A stretch of DNA of 64,000 nucleotides from Synechococcus sp. (GTDB lineage Bacteria; Cyanobacteriota; Cyanobacteriia; PCC-6307; Cyanobiaceae), in assembly GCA_047285805.1 (NCBI GenBank), contig JBJBCN010000002.1, positions 800,001-864,000 of the forward strand. The letters are read 5' to 3'. A program made the position numbers and the translations under genes. This document shows positions 39,337 through 49,691 of this stretch, in pieces (the stretch's first letter is position 1; every line of letters starts with the position of its first letter). The notes under the pieces are model-generated. The model did not search any database and was not told the DNA's origin. It worked only from the letters and a program-made list of their open reading frames with translations.

Positions 39337-41175
39337 ATCGTCAGCGCGTTCAACCACGGCCCGGAAGTCAGGCCCCTCAATGGTTTCGCGCTCGATCAAC
39401 AGGTTGACCAGCTCATCCATCAGATCCCGGCGGGACTCAAGCAGCGAGACCGCCTGATCAAGGGCATGGCGCGCCAACTGCTGCACCTCGGCATCGATGC
39501 GGTTGCTCGTCTTCTGGGAGTGGTGCGGTTCGGAACGTAACCAATCGCGGCCCAGGAAAACCTCAGAACCCTCCCCCTCCAGCGAGAGCGGACCCATGGA
39601 TGAGAAGCCGTAACGGGTCACCATCTCCCGGGCGATCCGGCTCACCATCTCCAGGTCACTGGAGGCGCCCTGGGTGATCTCACTGGGGCCGAAGACGACC
39701 AACTCAGCGGCTCGACCGCCCATCGCCATCACCATCCTGGCTTCGAGATAGGCCTTGCTGATCAAGCCCGAATCGAGGACCTCCTCATCGGGCATCGTGC
39801 GGGCAAATCCCCCCACGCCCCCGGACCGGGGAAGCAGGGTCACCTTGTCGAGCTCTTCCGACTTGGGCAGCACGGTGGCCAAGAGGGCATGGCCAATTTC
39901 GTGATAAGCGATCAGGCGCTTCTTCGCGTTGTCCTGGAGCGGCGCCGCCGTCAGGCCCATCGTGATCCGCTCAAGGGCGTCGCTGATGGCCTGATCATTG
40001 ATGCTTTGGCGCTCGCGGCGGGCCGTCAGGATGGCCGCCTCATTGAGCAGGTTGGACAGATCAGCGCCCGAGAAGCCTGGGGTTCGGCTCGCCCAATCGG
40101 CCAGGGAGACCTCGGGTTCCAGGGGCCTGGAGCGGGCATGGACCGCAAGGATCGCCTCGCGGCCACGACGGTCGGGGAGATCCACATTGATCCGCCGATC
40201 GAACCGACCGGGACGCATCAGGGCAACATCCAAGACATCCGGGCGGTTCGTCGCCGCCAACAGAATCACCCCAGAGTTTTCCGCAAAGCCATCCATCTCC
40301 GTGAGGAGTTGGTTCAGCGTCTGCTCGCGCTCATCGTTGCCGCCCCCAATCCCCGCGCCGCGCTGACGGCCAACGGCGTCGATCTCGTCAATAAAGATGA
40401 TGCAAGGAGCCTTCTCCTTGGCCTGGCGGAAGAGATCGCGGACGCGGCTCGCGCCAACACCCACAAACAGCTCGACAAATTCCGAGGCGGCCATCGAGAA
40501 GAAGGGCACACCCGCCTCTCCGGCAATCGCCTTGGCCAAGAGGGTCTTACCTGTCCCGGGAGGTCCCACCAACAGGACACCCTTCGGGATGCGCGCTCCG
40601 ACGGCCGTGAAGCGCTCGGGTTCCTTCAAGAAGGCCACCACTTCCTGGAGTTCCTCCTTGGCTTCGTTGATGCCGGCGACATCTTCAAAACGAACCGCCA
40701 CCGCCGATTCCGGTTCGGCCATGCGGGCTTTACTGCGGCCGAAGCCCATCGCCCGATTGGCCACCTGACTGGAGCGCCGGATCAAGAGAGCCAAGCCCGC
40801 GAACAGCAACAGCAGCAGCAAGCCGTTGGACACCAGGCTGGCCGTCGCACGGTCCTGCCTGTCATCGCGAACCGTGAGCGGGACTTGCGCCTCCTGAGCC
40901 GTGCGCAGCAAGACCTGATCGTTGCTGAAGATCGGAACCTGGGTGCGGCGGCCATCGGTGTACGTCACCTGCACCTCGCGGCGGCCCGGTGAGAGCAAGA
41001 GTTCTTTGACAGTCCCGCCCTTGAGCTGCGTCAGCAGCTGGCTGTAGCTGGGGGGCGCCGGGCTGCTGATGCCGAGATCACTCCAGAGTTCAGCACGCCT
41101 TGAAGCAGGGGCGGGCGAGGCTTGTGAGGAGGGCACCTGCTGCGCTTGCTGATCCGGAGACGCGCCGCTGCTCAC
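39295..41175 (-). CDS. ftsH: ATP-dependent zinc metalloprotease FtsH
   Basis: [38 protein letters not shown]. Confidence 0.97.
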   Translation of the reverse strand: MSSGASPDQQAQQVPSSQASPAPASRRAELWSDLGISSPAPPSYSQLLTQLKGGTVKELLLSPGRREVQVTYTDGRRTQVPIFSNDQVLLRTAQEAQVPLTVRDDRQDRATASLVSNGLLLLLLFAGLALLIRRSSQVANRAMGFGRSKARMAEPESAVAVRFEDVAGINEAKEELQEVVAFLKEPERFTAVGARIPKGVLLVGPPGTGKTLLAKAIAGEAGVPFFSMAASEFVELFVGVGASRVRDLFRQAKEKAPCIIFIDEIDAVGRQRGAGIGGGNDEREQTLNQLLTEMDGFAENSGVILLAATNRPDVLDVALMRPGRFDRRINVDLPDRRGREAILAVHARSRPLEPEVSLADWASRTPGFSGADLSNLLNEAAILTARRERQSINDQAISDALERITMGLTAAPLQDNAKKRLIAYHEIGHALLATVLPKSEELDKVTLLPRSGGVGGFARTMPDEEVLDSGLISKAYLEARMVMAMGGRAAELVVFGPSEITQGASSDLEMVSRIAREMVTRYGFSSMGPLSLEGEGSEVFLGRDWLRSEPHHSQKTSNRIDAEVQQLARHALDQAVSLLESRRDLMDELVNLLIERETIEGPDFRAVVERADDLGKANVEAAQVGL

Positions 41176-41264
41176 ATGAATCTGTCGTTGATCGGAGCTT
41201 AGCGATTTGACGAAAGGAAAGACGGCAAGGGAAGATCTTGGTTTGGCCGACTAGGTAAAGCGGG

Positions 41265-41441
41265 ATGGCTGTTCCCAAGAAGAAAACGTCCAAGGGCAAG
41301 CGGAACCAGCGCCACGCCACCTGGAAGGGCAAAGCTGCCGTGGCAGCTCAGAAGGCACTCTCCATCGGCAAGGCCGTGCTGAGCGGCCGTGCACAGGGCT
41401 TCGTCTACCCCGTCGCTGAAGAGGACGGCGACGAGGCCTGA
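41265..41441 (+). CDS. rpmF: 50S ribosomal protein L32
   Basis: Hand-translated [49 protein letters not shown]... (58 aa; absent from the ORF track). Confidence 0.97.
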   Translation: MAVPKKKTSKGKRNQRHATWKGKAAVAAQKALSIGKAVLSGRAQGFVYPVAEEDGDEA

Positions 41442-41497
41442 TCGCCCGACCGAAATCGTCCGCTCTCGTTGACGGAAAGGGGTCGGCAGAACCCTGG

Positions 41498-41526
41498 AAG
41501 CGCTGCTCACTAGAGCGGCGCTTTTT
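41498..41526 (+). terminator. Intrinsic terminator after rpmF
   Basis: AAGCGCTGCTC-ACTA-GAGCGGCGCTT followed by a T run. Confidence 0.8.
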
Positions 41527-41538
41527 GCTTCTAAGCAC

Positions 41539-41874
41539 TCAGGAGCCGAGCTTGAAGGCTTCCAGAACAACGGCATAGACCAAGCCGATCCTGAGGTTGT
41601 CGAGCACAAGCCAGCCCAAAGCCAGCCGGCCCTGAACGACACGGGTACGGATACGAACGACCAGCTCCAGCAGCAGAACCACGGAGAGCACCACCAAGGG
41701 GCGCTGACCAATCGTCTGTAGCCACCAGCTGGTGACATTCTGACCCGCATAGAAGCCAAAGAGCAGAGCGAGCACCCCAACGCTGCGGCGACGCCAACTG
41801 CCCTGGAAGGATCCCCAGAGCACCTGGGCACCCTGGCGTTGCAGACGATCAAAGCGGGTGTCCTGAATGGGCAT
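41539..41874 (-). CDS. DUF565 / Ycf20 family membrane protein
   Basis: QDTRF start, SWRRRS, DNLRIGLVYAVVLEAFKLGS end. Confidence 0.85.
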   Translation of the reverse strand: MPIQDTRFDRLQRQGAQVLWGSFQGSWRRRSVGVLALLFGFYAGQNVTSWWLQTIGQRPLVVLSVVLLLELVVRIRTRVVQGRLALGWLVLDNLRIGLVYAVVLEAFKLGS

Positions 41875-41879
41875 CCGGA

Positions 41880-42644
41880 TCATCCGCCTGGAAAGAGCTG
41901 CTGGAGATAGGACAGCGTGATCTGGCCCTCAGGGCAAGCCGGTCCGCGAAAGACCTGACAGGGCGCCCCGGGATCCCCCAGGCCATCGAGCAGGGCAGCG
42001 GCGCCCGCGAAGTGGGCGTCGGGTTCCTGGAAGCTGGAGGCACTGCGGGTAGCCAGGACCGTCAGCCCCGCGGCACGAGCCGCCGTCACCCCATGACCGG
42101 AGTCCTCGACGGCCAACACCCGATCAGCGCCGCAGGCCAATCGCTCCAGGGCTCGGACATAGCCCTGGGGGTCGGGCTTTTTGGCCGTGACATCTTCCCC
42201 GCAGACCCAAAACTCCAACCGATCACGGTGCTGCGGCAGCTGGCGGGAGAGCAGGACCTCGACGGCGGAACGTCCACTTGTGGTCACGATGGCCTGCCGC
42301 ACTCCGGCCGCGGCCGCGGTCTCCATCAGCCGAAGGACACCCGGCCGCAGCCGGATCTCGCCCGCCGCCACCAGTTCGCCGTAGTGGCGCTGCTTTGAGC
42401 GCTGCAGGGCCTCCAAGCGGTACTCACTCGGGCGCTGGCCTTCCGCTTGCTCGAGAAAAACTGCCATCCGCTCACGGCCGCCGGTCACCCTGAGCAACTC
42501 GAGATAAAGGGAGGGGTCCCATTGCCAGGGCAGCCCTGCCTCGGCCATTGCGCGGTTGAACGCCAGACGGTGCCCATCCAGCTCCGTCTCAGCCAGCGTG
42601 CCGTCCACATCCCACAGGAGCGCCTCGGGGGCCAATCGCGACAC
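41880..42644 (-). CDS. HAD-IA hydrolase (CbbY-like)
   Basis: LWDVDGTLAETE.DGHR.AFN, GGRERM, KKPDP, VEDS; start set at GTG 42644. Confidence 0.88.
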   Translation of the reverse strand: MSRLAPEALLWDVDGTLAETELDGHRLAFNRAMAEAGLPWQWDPSLYLELLRVTGGRERMAVFLEQAEGQRPSEYRLEALQRSKQRHYGELVAAGEIRLRPGVLRLMETAAAAGVRQAIVTTSGRSAVEVLLSRQLPQHRDRLEFWVCGEDVTAKKPDPQGYVRALERLACGADRVLAVEDSGHGVTAARAAGLTVLATRSASSFQEPDAHFAGAAALLDGLGDPGAPCQVFRGPACPEGQITLSYLQQLFPGG

Positions 42645-42685
42645 GGAGCGGCGGACTGCTGGGGTGAGGCTAAGGGAGCTGGCCG

Positions 42686-44683
42686 GTGGGGCCTCGACAG
42701 GATCTTTCCACGGCTCAAAATGGAAGCCGACGAACCGCAGGCGTGCTCCTCGAGTCTCCAGAGAAACGCTTGTTGGAGCAGCGTCTCCAGCAGAACTGGC
42801 AACTCCCCGCAGCGGTGGACCTGGAGGCTCTCCCCAGCGAGATGCAGCGGTTGGGGCTCTCGGAACCCGTTCTCGCCCTGCTGAACCGGCGCGGCTTCGG
42901 CAGCGCCGATGCAATCGAGGCGCTGCTCGATCCCGCTGAAGCCCCCGACCCCAAGCAGCATTTCCCCGACTTAGGCCTGGCAGTCAAGCGCCTTAAGCAG
43001 GCCTGCAAAAGCAATGAACGCCTGGCGATCTGCGGCGACTACGACGCCGATGGCATGACCAGCACGGCGCTCCTGATCGGCGTTCTGCAGCAGTTGGGGG
43101 CCCAACCCCAAGCTGCAATCCCAAGCCGCCAGACCGATGGCTATGGCCTAAACGTCTCAATGGTGGAGGAGCTCGCGGACGACGGGATACGGCTGCTGGT
43201 CACCGTCGATAACGGAGTTTCCGCCCGGGAGGCCCTCGAGCGCGCCCAGGAGCTCGGATTGGAGGTAATCGTCACCGATCACCACACCATCCCGGAGCAA
43301 CGGCCACCCCTGAGCGCCCTGCTGCACCCCCACTGCACCCCCGAGGGCTCGCCCTACCGGGGGCTGGCCGGTGTCGGCATCGCCTATGTCCTGGCCGGAG
43401 CCCTCGCCAAAGCCAATCGCTCCGCCAAGGCCCTGGCTATGGCTATGGACCTCTTCTGCATCGGCACCATCGCGGACATGGCTCCGCTTCAAGGAGTCAA
43501 CCGCCGCTGGTTGATGGACGGCTTACCGCGGCTCAAGGACAGTCCCCTCCCAGGCCTGCAAGCCCTGCAGCAGCTGGCCGGTCTGGACGACGCCCCCATC
43601 GACGCCGGGGCTGTTGGCTTCCAACTGGCACCGCGCATAAATGCAGTAGGACGGCTCGGTGATCCGCGCCTGGTGGTGGATCTTCTGACCACAGGTGACA
43701 CGGAGCAGGCCCTTGAGCTTGCACGGGAATGCGAAAGCCTGAACCGCCAGCGCCGGGAACTCTGTGATGCCATCGAGGCGGAGGCACGGGCCTTAGCCGA
43801 GGCCGATGGGGCGCAGCGCTGCCCATTCCTGCTGCTCGCCCAGAGCCACTGGCACCACGGGGTAATCGGCATCGTGGCGGCGCGGCTGATGGAGCATTTC
43901 GGCACCCCCGTCGCCCTTCTCTCCGCCGAGGGGGATGGGCGGATGCGGGCGTCTGTGCGGGCCCCCAAGGGCTTTGCTGTTGATGCAGCCCTCCACGCCT
44001 GCGGTGACCTACTTGAGCGCTTCGGCGGTCATCCGGCAGCCGGGGGATTCACAGTCAAAGCGGAGCGGGTCACAGCCCTGCACGAACGCCTGAATGGCCT
44101 GGCACAGGCCTGGCGTGAACGGGAAGGCCTGCAGCTGGTAATGCCTGAAGCCCTGCTGAAGCTCGAGGAGATCAATCGACCGCTCTGGCGTGAACTCCAG
44201 CGGCTCGAACCCTTTGGGATCGGGAACCCTGCACCACTGTTCTGGAGCTGCGGCTGCACTATCACCCGACAGCGGGAACTGCGGGGCGGGCACTTGCAGC
44301 TCAACCTACGCCAAGGGGAGTCCCGCGTCCGGGCCATGGCCTGGCGCTGGGGAGCCATTGGCCACCTGCTCCCCAGGCAGGTGGATGTGGCCTATCACCT
44401 CCGACTGAACCGCTGGAACGGCCAACAAACTCTGCAGCTCGAGCTGGTGGGCATCCGCCCCAGCAGCGGCGAGGCCCTACTACTGCAGCACCAGCAGCGC
44501 ATCTATTGGGTGCGGCGGGACGGCAACGCGGTCGTGATCCGCAATGCCGACGGTGAGGAATTGCGCGGCGAAGCCCAGCGAATCGGCCCCGACATCCTCC
44601 AGATCGATCACCCCAAGGCGGATCATCCCTACGTGAAGGCTCTCGTGCAGGACGCTGCTCGCGCGATGGGACTAGCGGCCTAG
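42686..44683 (+). CDS. recJ: ssDNA exonuclease RecJ
   Basis: GDYDADG, TVDNG, TDHH, GTIAD, PRINAVGR, GGHPAAGG, LEPFGIGNP; true start probably ~42770. Confidence 0.95.
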   Translation: MGPRQDLSTAQNGSRRTAGVLLESPEKRLLEQRLQQNWQLPAAVDLEALPSEMQRLGLSEPVLALLNRRGFGSADAIEALLDPAEAPDPKQHFPDLGLAVKRLKQACKSNERLAICGDYDADGMTSTALLIGVLQQLGAQPQAAIPSRQTDGYGLNVSMVEELADDGIRLLVTVDNGVSAREALERAQELGLEVIVTDHHTIPEQRPPLSALLHPHCTPEGSPYRGLAGVGIAYVLAGALAKANRSAKALAMAMDLFCIGTIADMAPLQGVNRRWLMDGLPRLKDSPLPGLQALQQLAGLDDAPIDAGAVGFQLAPRINAVGRLGDPRLVVDLLTTGDTEQALELARECESLNRQRRELCDAIEAEARALAEADGAQRCPFLLLAQSHWHHGVIGIVAARLMEHFGTPVALLSAEGDGRMRASVRAPKGFAVDAALHACGDLLERFGGHPAAGGFTVKAERVTALHERLNGLAQAWREREGLQLVMPEALLKLEEINRPLWRELQRLEPFGIGNPAPLFWSCGCTITRQRELRGGHLQLNLRQGESRVRAMAWRWGAIGHLLPRQVDVAYHLRLNRWNGQQTLQLELVGIRPSSGEALLLQHQQRIYWVRRDGNAVVIRNADGEELRGEAQRIGPDILQIDHPKADHPYVKALVQDAARAMGLAA

Positions 44684-44724
44684 AAACAACAAAGCCCCTA
44701 GGACTGGGGCAGTCCAGGGGGCGT
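44684..44724 (-). terminator. Terminator-like hairpin between convergent recJ and psb30
   Basis: GCCCCTAGGACTG-GGG-CAGTCCAGGGGGC with an A-rich 5' flank, i.e. a U tail on the minus strand. Confidence 0.6.
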
Positions 44725-44756
44725 TGAAAGCTGGAACGGACGAAGACCTCTGAGTA

Positions 44757-44864
44757 TCAGAGGGCGCTGCGGCGGTAGAAGAGGATGAAGATCACGGCTG
44801 GACCCACCAGGGTGATCAGGAACAGAGCAGCGAAGTTGGCGATCAGGTGGAAGTCGATTCCCAT
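44757..44864 (-). CDS. psb30: Photosystem II protein Psb30 (Ycf12)
   Basis: Hand-translated [35 protein letters not shown] (35 aa). Confidence 0.93.
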   Translation of the reverse strand: MGIDFHLIANFAALFLITLVGPAVIFILFYRRSAL

Positions 44865-44980
44865 GGGAGAACGGCTCGGGAGCTGCACGTGTTTGGTGCA
44901 CCCTAAAAGCACAGGGGCCCACCCCGATGAAGCGGAGCTCGCTCCTGTGACGGGTTGTCACAGCACTAGGAGGTTCATCA

Positions 44981-45361
44981 ATGGCTGAGACCCTGCATTG
45001 GCGCTGCATCAGCGGCTGCGGCTCCTGCTGTCGCCTGGACCCTGGGGAACGGAACGAGGCGCTGGAGGCCCTGGACGCAGAGCAACAACAGCTCTATCTG
45101 TCGATGGTGGGGCCCGATGGCTGGTGCATCCACTTCGACACAGGCTCCAGTTCCTGCCGGATCTACGAGGAGCGGCCTGTCTTCTGTCGTGTCGAAAACC
45201 TGGCCCAGTTGTTTGAGGTCCCAGCGGAGGAATCCAACGAGTTCGCGATTGCCTGTTGCCGGCAGCAGATCCGCTGCGAACACGGTGGTCGTGGCATGGT
45301 GATGAAGCGTTTCGAGCAGGCGATCCGCCAGCCCGCTGAAGACAATGATCGCCAGCCCTGA
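44981..45361 (+). CDS. YkgJ family cysteine-cluster protein
   Basis: CISGCGSCC, WCIHFD..CRIYEERP.FCR. Confidence 0.9.
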   Translation: MAETLHWRCISGCGSCCRLDPGERNEALEALDAEQQQLYLSMVGPDGWCIHFDTGSSSCRIYEERPVFCRVENLAQLFEVPAEESNEFAIACCRQQIRCEHGGRGMVMKRFEQAIRQPAEDNDRQP

Positions 45362-45714
45362 TGCCTGAGTCCGCCCCGAGCAGCGACAGTCCCAAAGCCA
45401 AGAAAGAGAACCAAGCCGCCAGCTTTGGCGCGGTCTTCCTGACGACCTTCACCACCGTCTTCCTGGCTGAACTGGGCGACAAGACACAGCTGGCCGCCCT
45501 GCTGCTCTCGGCTGAGTCCGGTCGTCCGGTACTGGTGTTTATCGGAGCGTCCCTGGCCCTAATCAGTTCGAGCCTGGTGGGTGTGGTGCTTGGCCGCTGG
45601 TTGTCTCGGGTCCTGCCCCCCGGTCAGCTTGAGCGCCTTGCCGGCATCTTGATGATCGGCCTCGGCCTATGGCTTGGCAGACAAGCCGCCGTCAGCATGT
45701 TTCCCCTTGTCTGA
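45361..45714 (+). CDS. TMEM165/GDT1 (UPF0016) half-size protein 1
   Basis: VFLAELGDKTQLA motif, ~3 TM segments. Confidence 0.9.
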   Translation: MPESAPSSDSPKAKKENQAASFGAVFLTTFTTVFLAELGDKTQLAALLLSAESGRPVLVFIGASLALISSSLVGVVLGRWLSRVLPPGQLERLAGILMIGLGLWLGRQAAVSMFPLV

Positions 45715-45719
45715 TAGCC

Positions 45720-46034
45720 ATGCAGCTCCCCCTACTGGCCTCCACCTTTCTGACGGTCTTCCTCGCTGAACTCGGAGACAAAACCCAACTAGCGATCGTC
45801 TCCATCAGCGGCACCTCCAACCGGAGTGGAGCGGTCTTTGCTGGCAGTGCCTCGGCCCTCGTCCTGGCCAGCCTGCTCGGGGCGGGAGCTGGCGGGTCTC
45901 TCTCGGCCGTCATCCCCACTGACGCCCTGCAATTGGCCGCTTCGGTCGGCTTTCTAGTGATTGGAGGCCGGCTCCTGCTCAAGGCCGGTCAAGAGGACGA
46001 CGAGGCTCCCGCCGAAGCCACAGAGGACGCCTAG
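45720..46034 (+). CDS. TMEM165/GDT1 (UPF0016) half-size protein 2
   Basis: VFLAELGDKTQLA motif, ~3 TM segments. Confidence 0.9.
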   Translation: MQLPLLASTFLTVFLAELGDKTQLAIVSISGTSNRSGAVFAGSASALVLASLLGAGAGGSLSAVIPTDALQLAASVGFLVIGGRLLLKAGQEDDEAPAEATEDA

Positions 46035-46168
46035 CCAAACAGCTCAGTAGGATGAATTAATTGCAGCAGTGCTTGAAGGCGTTGGCCGTCTTCAAGTAAC
46101 CGGTGCAGCACGCAGAACCTCTATCCCACTGGGGCTTGTCCGCTCCGCAGAAGCCCTCCCCAACAGCC

Positions 46169-48457
46169 ATGAAGTTCACGGTCGCGGACCTCATCGAGCA
46201 GCTCTCACAAAAAGAGCCCCTCGGCCTCACTAAGCTTGAAAAAGCTCTAGGTCTGAGCACCAAGACCGATAAAGAGCAGCTCCGCATCGCGCTCACGGCC
46301 CTCACCCGGGTCGGCTTGCTCCGAGAAGCCGATGACCGCATCAGCCTCGTCGAAGACGAAGGCCTAATCCAAGCCCGACTCCGTTGCAGCAGCAAAGGCT
46401 TCTGCTTTGCCCTTCGCGATGACGGCGGCGAGGATATCTACATCCGCGACAACCAGCTCAACCACGCCTGGAACGGTGACCGGGTGCTGGTGCGGGTCAC
46501 CCGTGAAGGGGGGCGCCGCCGCTCGCCTGAAGGAGGGGTGCAGTGCATCCTGCAGCGCAACACCACCAGCCTGCTGGCGCAGGTGGAGAAACAGAACGAC
46601 AGCCTTGTCGCGGTCCCTTTGGACGATCGCCTGCTGACCGCCATCAACTTGCCTGCTGGCGATAGCGCCCACCTCAAACCCGCCACGGAAGCCGTGGTGG
46701 AAGTCAAGTTGGACCGCTACCCCGTGGGCCAACTTCCCCCTGAGGGGCACGTGGCCCGCAGCCTGGCGGTCAACGCCGGTCCGAAGGCCGACCTTGATCT
46801 CCTTCTGACAAAACACAGCCTGCGGGAGTTGCCGGCGGCACCCAAGGGCAGCGCGAAGGCCCCCGACCTCAAAACCCGGGATGACCTAACCGAGGTCCCC
46901 ACCCTGCTGCTTCAGCTGTGGGGCAGCGCCGATGCACCGCTCCTCCCAGCTGTTTCCTTGGAGCCCATGGAGAACGGTCAGCGCCTCTGGGTGCACGCCC
47001 CCGCCATCGCCGAGCGCGTTGGCTTTGGCAGTGCTCTCGATCTGTTCCTGCGAGAACGCAGAGAAGCCCTCTGCGTGGGGGACAGCTGGCTGCCATTTCT
47101 CCCCAGCGCGACCACCAAGGCAGCGGCTTTCAAGGCCGGGACCCCGGTGGCGGCCCTCTCGGTCGCCATCGACCTGAACGCCGAGGGGCAGCTGGAGCAC
47201 TTCCGCTTCTGCCGCAGCACAATCTCTGCCGATGGACTGGTCGACACCAAGGCGCTTAAGGCCCTGGCCGATCGAAAGCCCAAGGCTCGCACCACCCCTG
47301 CAGCCCTAAAGGAACTGAAGGATCAGCTCCCCCTGCTGGAGCAGCTGATTACTCTTGCCCAGACCCTTAGGCAGAACCGCTTTGACCAGGGGTCCATCGA
47401 TCTCGATCTCGGCATCCCTGACCTGGAGGGACTGGGTGAACTCGCCATTCCCGAACCGGATGAGCGTCGGCAGGGCTGGATGTTTCAGCGCGACCCCGCC
47501 CTCTCCACAGCGGGGCTCTTGCGGGAGATGGTCCTGCAGGCCCACCGGGCCTTTGGCCGCCACATGGCCGCCTTAGAGCTGCCGGCCATATACGCGGTAA
47601 ATGCCGCCCCTGAAGCCGAGGCCCTCAACGACGTGGCCAAGGCAGCCCTCGCCCTCGAGATCCCCCTGGAACTCTCCGCCGATGGCAACGCCAGCGCCCA
47701 GGAACTGGCCGTGGCCTTTGAGGCGAGCGATCGCGCGAGGGTGCTCCTTCAGCAATTGCGGGATCCGCTCAAACCGGTAAGCCTCAGCGCCGAGGCCGGT
47801 GGCAACAACCTGGCGGGCGAAGACCAGGCCTATGCCCCCTGGTGCTGTGCGGCCCTGCACTACGCCGACCTCTGGAACCAGCACCTCCTGTTGCTGCTCC
47901 TGAGCGAAGGCAAAGATCGCCCCTCCGTACGGCATAAAACCCGGGTCGACATCGCCTCGGACGCCAGCCATGGGGTGATCGACTGGCCCTTGCTGACCGC
48001 CAGTCAGATCTCCCGCGTTGAAGAGGGGCTGAGCGGAACACTCCTCAATAGCCTGAATGAGCGCAGCCGCTTCGTCAGCGAGCTCCAGCGGGATGCCATA
48101 GCCATGGCCCAGGCGCGCCAAGCTGAACCCCTGGTTGGTCAAACCCTGAACGGGGTGATCAGCGGAGTCCAGAGCTACGGCTTCTTCGTCGAGGTGCCCC
48201 CCTCCCACGTGGAGGGGCTGGTACACGTGAGCTCTCTGAAGGACGACTGGTACGAGTACCGCTCACGTCAGAACAAGCTGGTGGGCCGAAAGAACCGCCG
48301 CGCCTACATGCTCGGCGACCAGGTCGAGGTCACCATCCAGAAGGTGGATGTGCTGCGCCATCAAATCGATCTCGCTGTGGTGCTGCCGGAGGGCTACGAA
48401 GAGTTGTCCCCCGACGTCGCCGATGCAGTCGACAGCGACGCCAGCAGCGAGGACTGA
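46169..48457 (+). CDS. RNB/RNase R-like protein (Zam-like) with cold-shock and S1 domains
   Basis: SKGFCFA, HAWNGDRVLV, C-terminal S1 GVQSYGFFVE..EGLVHVSSL. Confidence 0.88.
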   Translation: MKFTVADLIEQLSQKEPLGLTKLEKALGLSTKTDKEQLRIALTALTRVGLLREADDRISLVEDEGLIQARLRCSSKGFCFALRDDGGEDIYIRDNQLNHAWNGDRVLVRVTREGGRRRSPEGGVQCILQRNTTSLLAQVEKQNDSLVAVPLDDRLLTAINLPAGDSAHLKPATEAVVEVKLDRYPVGQLPPEGHVARSLAVNAGPKADLDLLLTKHSLRELPAAPKGSAKAPDLKTRDDLTEVPTLLLQLWGSADAPLLPAVSLEPMENGQRLWVHAPAIAERVGFGSALDLFLRERREALCVGDSWLPFLPSATTKAAAFKAGTPVAALSVAIDLNAEGQLEHFRFCRSTISADGLVDTKALKALADRKPKARTTPAALKELKDQLPLLEQLITLAQTLRQNRFDQGSIDLDLGIPDLEGLGELAIPEPDERRQGWMFQRDPALSTAGLLREMVLQAHRAFGRHMAALELPAIYAVNAAPEAEALNDVAKAALALEIPLELSADGNASAQELAVAFEASDRARVLLQQLRDPLKPVSLSAEAGGNNLAGEDQAYAPWCCAALHYADLWNQHLLLLLLSEGKDRPSVRHKTRVDIASDASHGVIDWPLLTASQISRVEEGLSGTLLNSLNERSRFVSELQRDAIAMAQARQAEPLVGQTLNGVISGVQSYGFFVEVPPSHVEGLVHVSSLKDDWYEYRSRQNKLVGRKNRRAYMLGDQVEVTIQKVDVLRHQIDLAVVLPEGYEELSPDVADAVDSDASSED

Positions 48458-49099
48458 GTGTTGAGCGACAGCATCGACCAGGAAGAGCGGCTGCCGATCG
48501 TTCTGGCGGTGTCCGGGGCAAGCGCCCAACCCCTGGCGGAGCGGGCATTGCAACTCCTCCTTCAGGCCGGTGAGTCCGTCGATCTGATCGTCAGCCGCGG
48601 TGCCATTGGCGTCTGGCAGGCGGAATTGGGAGTGCGGGTCCCGACGGACCCCTCAGCCCAGGAGCGCTTTTGGCGGGAGCGCTGCGAGTGCTACACAGGC
48701 GAGCTGCGCTGCCACCGCTGGAACGATCAATCGGTGTCGATTGCCAGTGGCAGTCACCGCACCCGCGGCATGGTGATCCTTCCATGCTCGATGGGAACCG
48801 TCGGCCGGATCGCCTCGGGTGTAGCCACGGACCTGATGGAACGCTGCGCGGACGTCCATCTCAAGGAGGGACGTCCGCTCGTGATCTGTCCGCGGGAGAC
48901 CCCCTGGAACCTGATCCACCTGCGCAACCTGACCGCGCTTGCTGAGGCCGGCGCACGGATCGCTCCTCCGGCCCCAGCTTGGTATCACCAGCCACAGTCC
49001 CTAGAAGAGATGGTGGACTTTTTGGTAATCCGCGTCTTCGATTGCCTCGGTTATGAGCTCGGTCAGCTGCAGCGCTGGACCGGGCCGATCCAGCCCTGA
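48458..49099 (+). CDS. ubiX: Flavin prenyltransferase UbiX
   Basis: [33 protein letters not shown]. Confidence 0.93.
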   Translation: MLSDSIDQEERLPIVLAVSGASAQPLAERALQLLLQAGESVDLIVSRGAIGVWQAELGVRVPTDPSAQERFWRERCECYTGELRCHRWNDQSVSIASGSHRTRGMVILPCSMGTVGRIASGVATDLMERCADVHLKEGRPLVICPRETPWNLIHLRNLTALAEAGARIAPPAPAWYHQPQSLEEMVDFLVIRVFDCLGYELGQLQRWTGPIQP

Positions 49100-49113
49100 G
49101 GCCCGTCCGCCCT

Positions 49114-49647
49114 GTGTTGAAACGAGTCCTGCTGTTACCGCTGCTCTCGCCCATCCTGGCGACGCTTGTGGTCGGGGCCGTAAATCCCAAGCCCGCCGTC
49201 TCGGTGCGAGTGCTCACCTGGACCTCGCCAGCACTACCCCTGGGTCTCTGGCTCACTGGAGCCTCCTGCCTCGGTGCCGGCCTGAGTGCGGCCGGTGCGG
49301 CCCTAGCGCTGCAGGGGAGCGGACCCGAAATCCTGCCCCGGCGCTCTTTGCGGCGACGAGCTGAACGGAGGGTTGGGGAAGAAGAACCTGCTCCGAATGC
49401 ACCCCGCAGTAACGAACCCAGATGGGACTGGGGCTTCGAGGCGGAAGCTGAACCCGCAGCGCCCTGGGCTGGCCCCAGCCGAGGGGCGGCCGAACCGGCC
49501 CCAACCGTCTCGGTTCCCTTCCGCGTCATTCGGCGGGCCGAAGAGGCCGCCAGCGAAGAACCCGCCAGAACGACCGCCACCGCGACTACTGCTGTGAGCA
49601 CGGCTAATCCTGACGATTGGGGCAGCAGCGATGCTGAGAGTTGGTGA
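49114..49647 (+). CDS. Hypothetical membrane protein
   Basis: Two hydrophobic segments, PTVSVPFRVI, C-terminal DDW....ESW. Confidence 0.7.
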   Translation: MLKRVLLLPLLSPILATLVVGAVNPKPAVSVRVLTWTSPALPLGLWLTGASCLGAGLSAAGAALALQGSGPEILPRRSLRRRAERRVGEEEPAPNAPRSNEPRWDWGFEAEAEPAAPWAGPSRGAAEPAPTVSVPFRVIRRAEEAASEEPARTTATATTAVSTANPDDWGSSDAESW

Positions 49648-49691
49648 GCACTCCCTAAAGTCAGCGAACGTCTGGATTGAGGCCTTCGCCG

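Noticed and set aside
41442..41497. ncRNA after rpmF
   Set aside because: Only an imperfect hairpin in the 3' UTR before the terminator; no known family recognised.
44946..44962. Canonical CRP site
   Set aside because: The spacer is 7 bp rather than 6; kept only as an unassigned palindrome.
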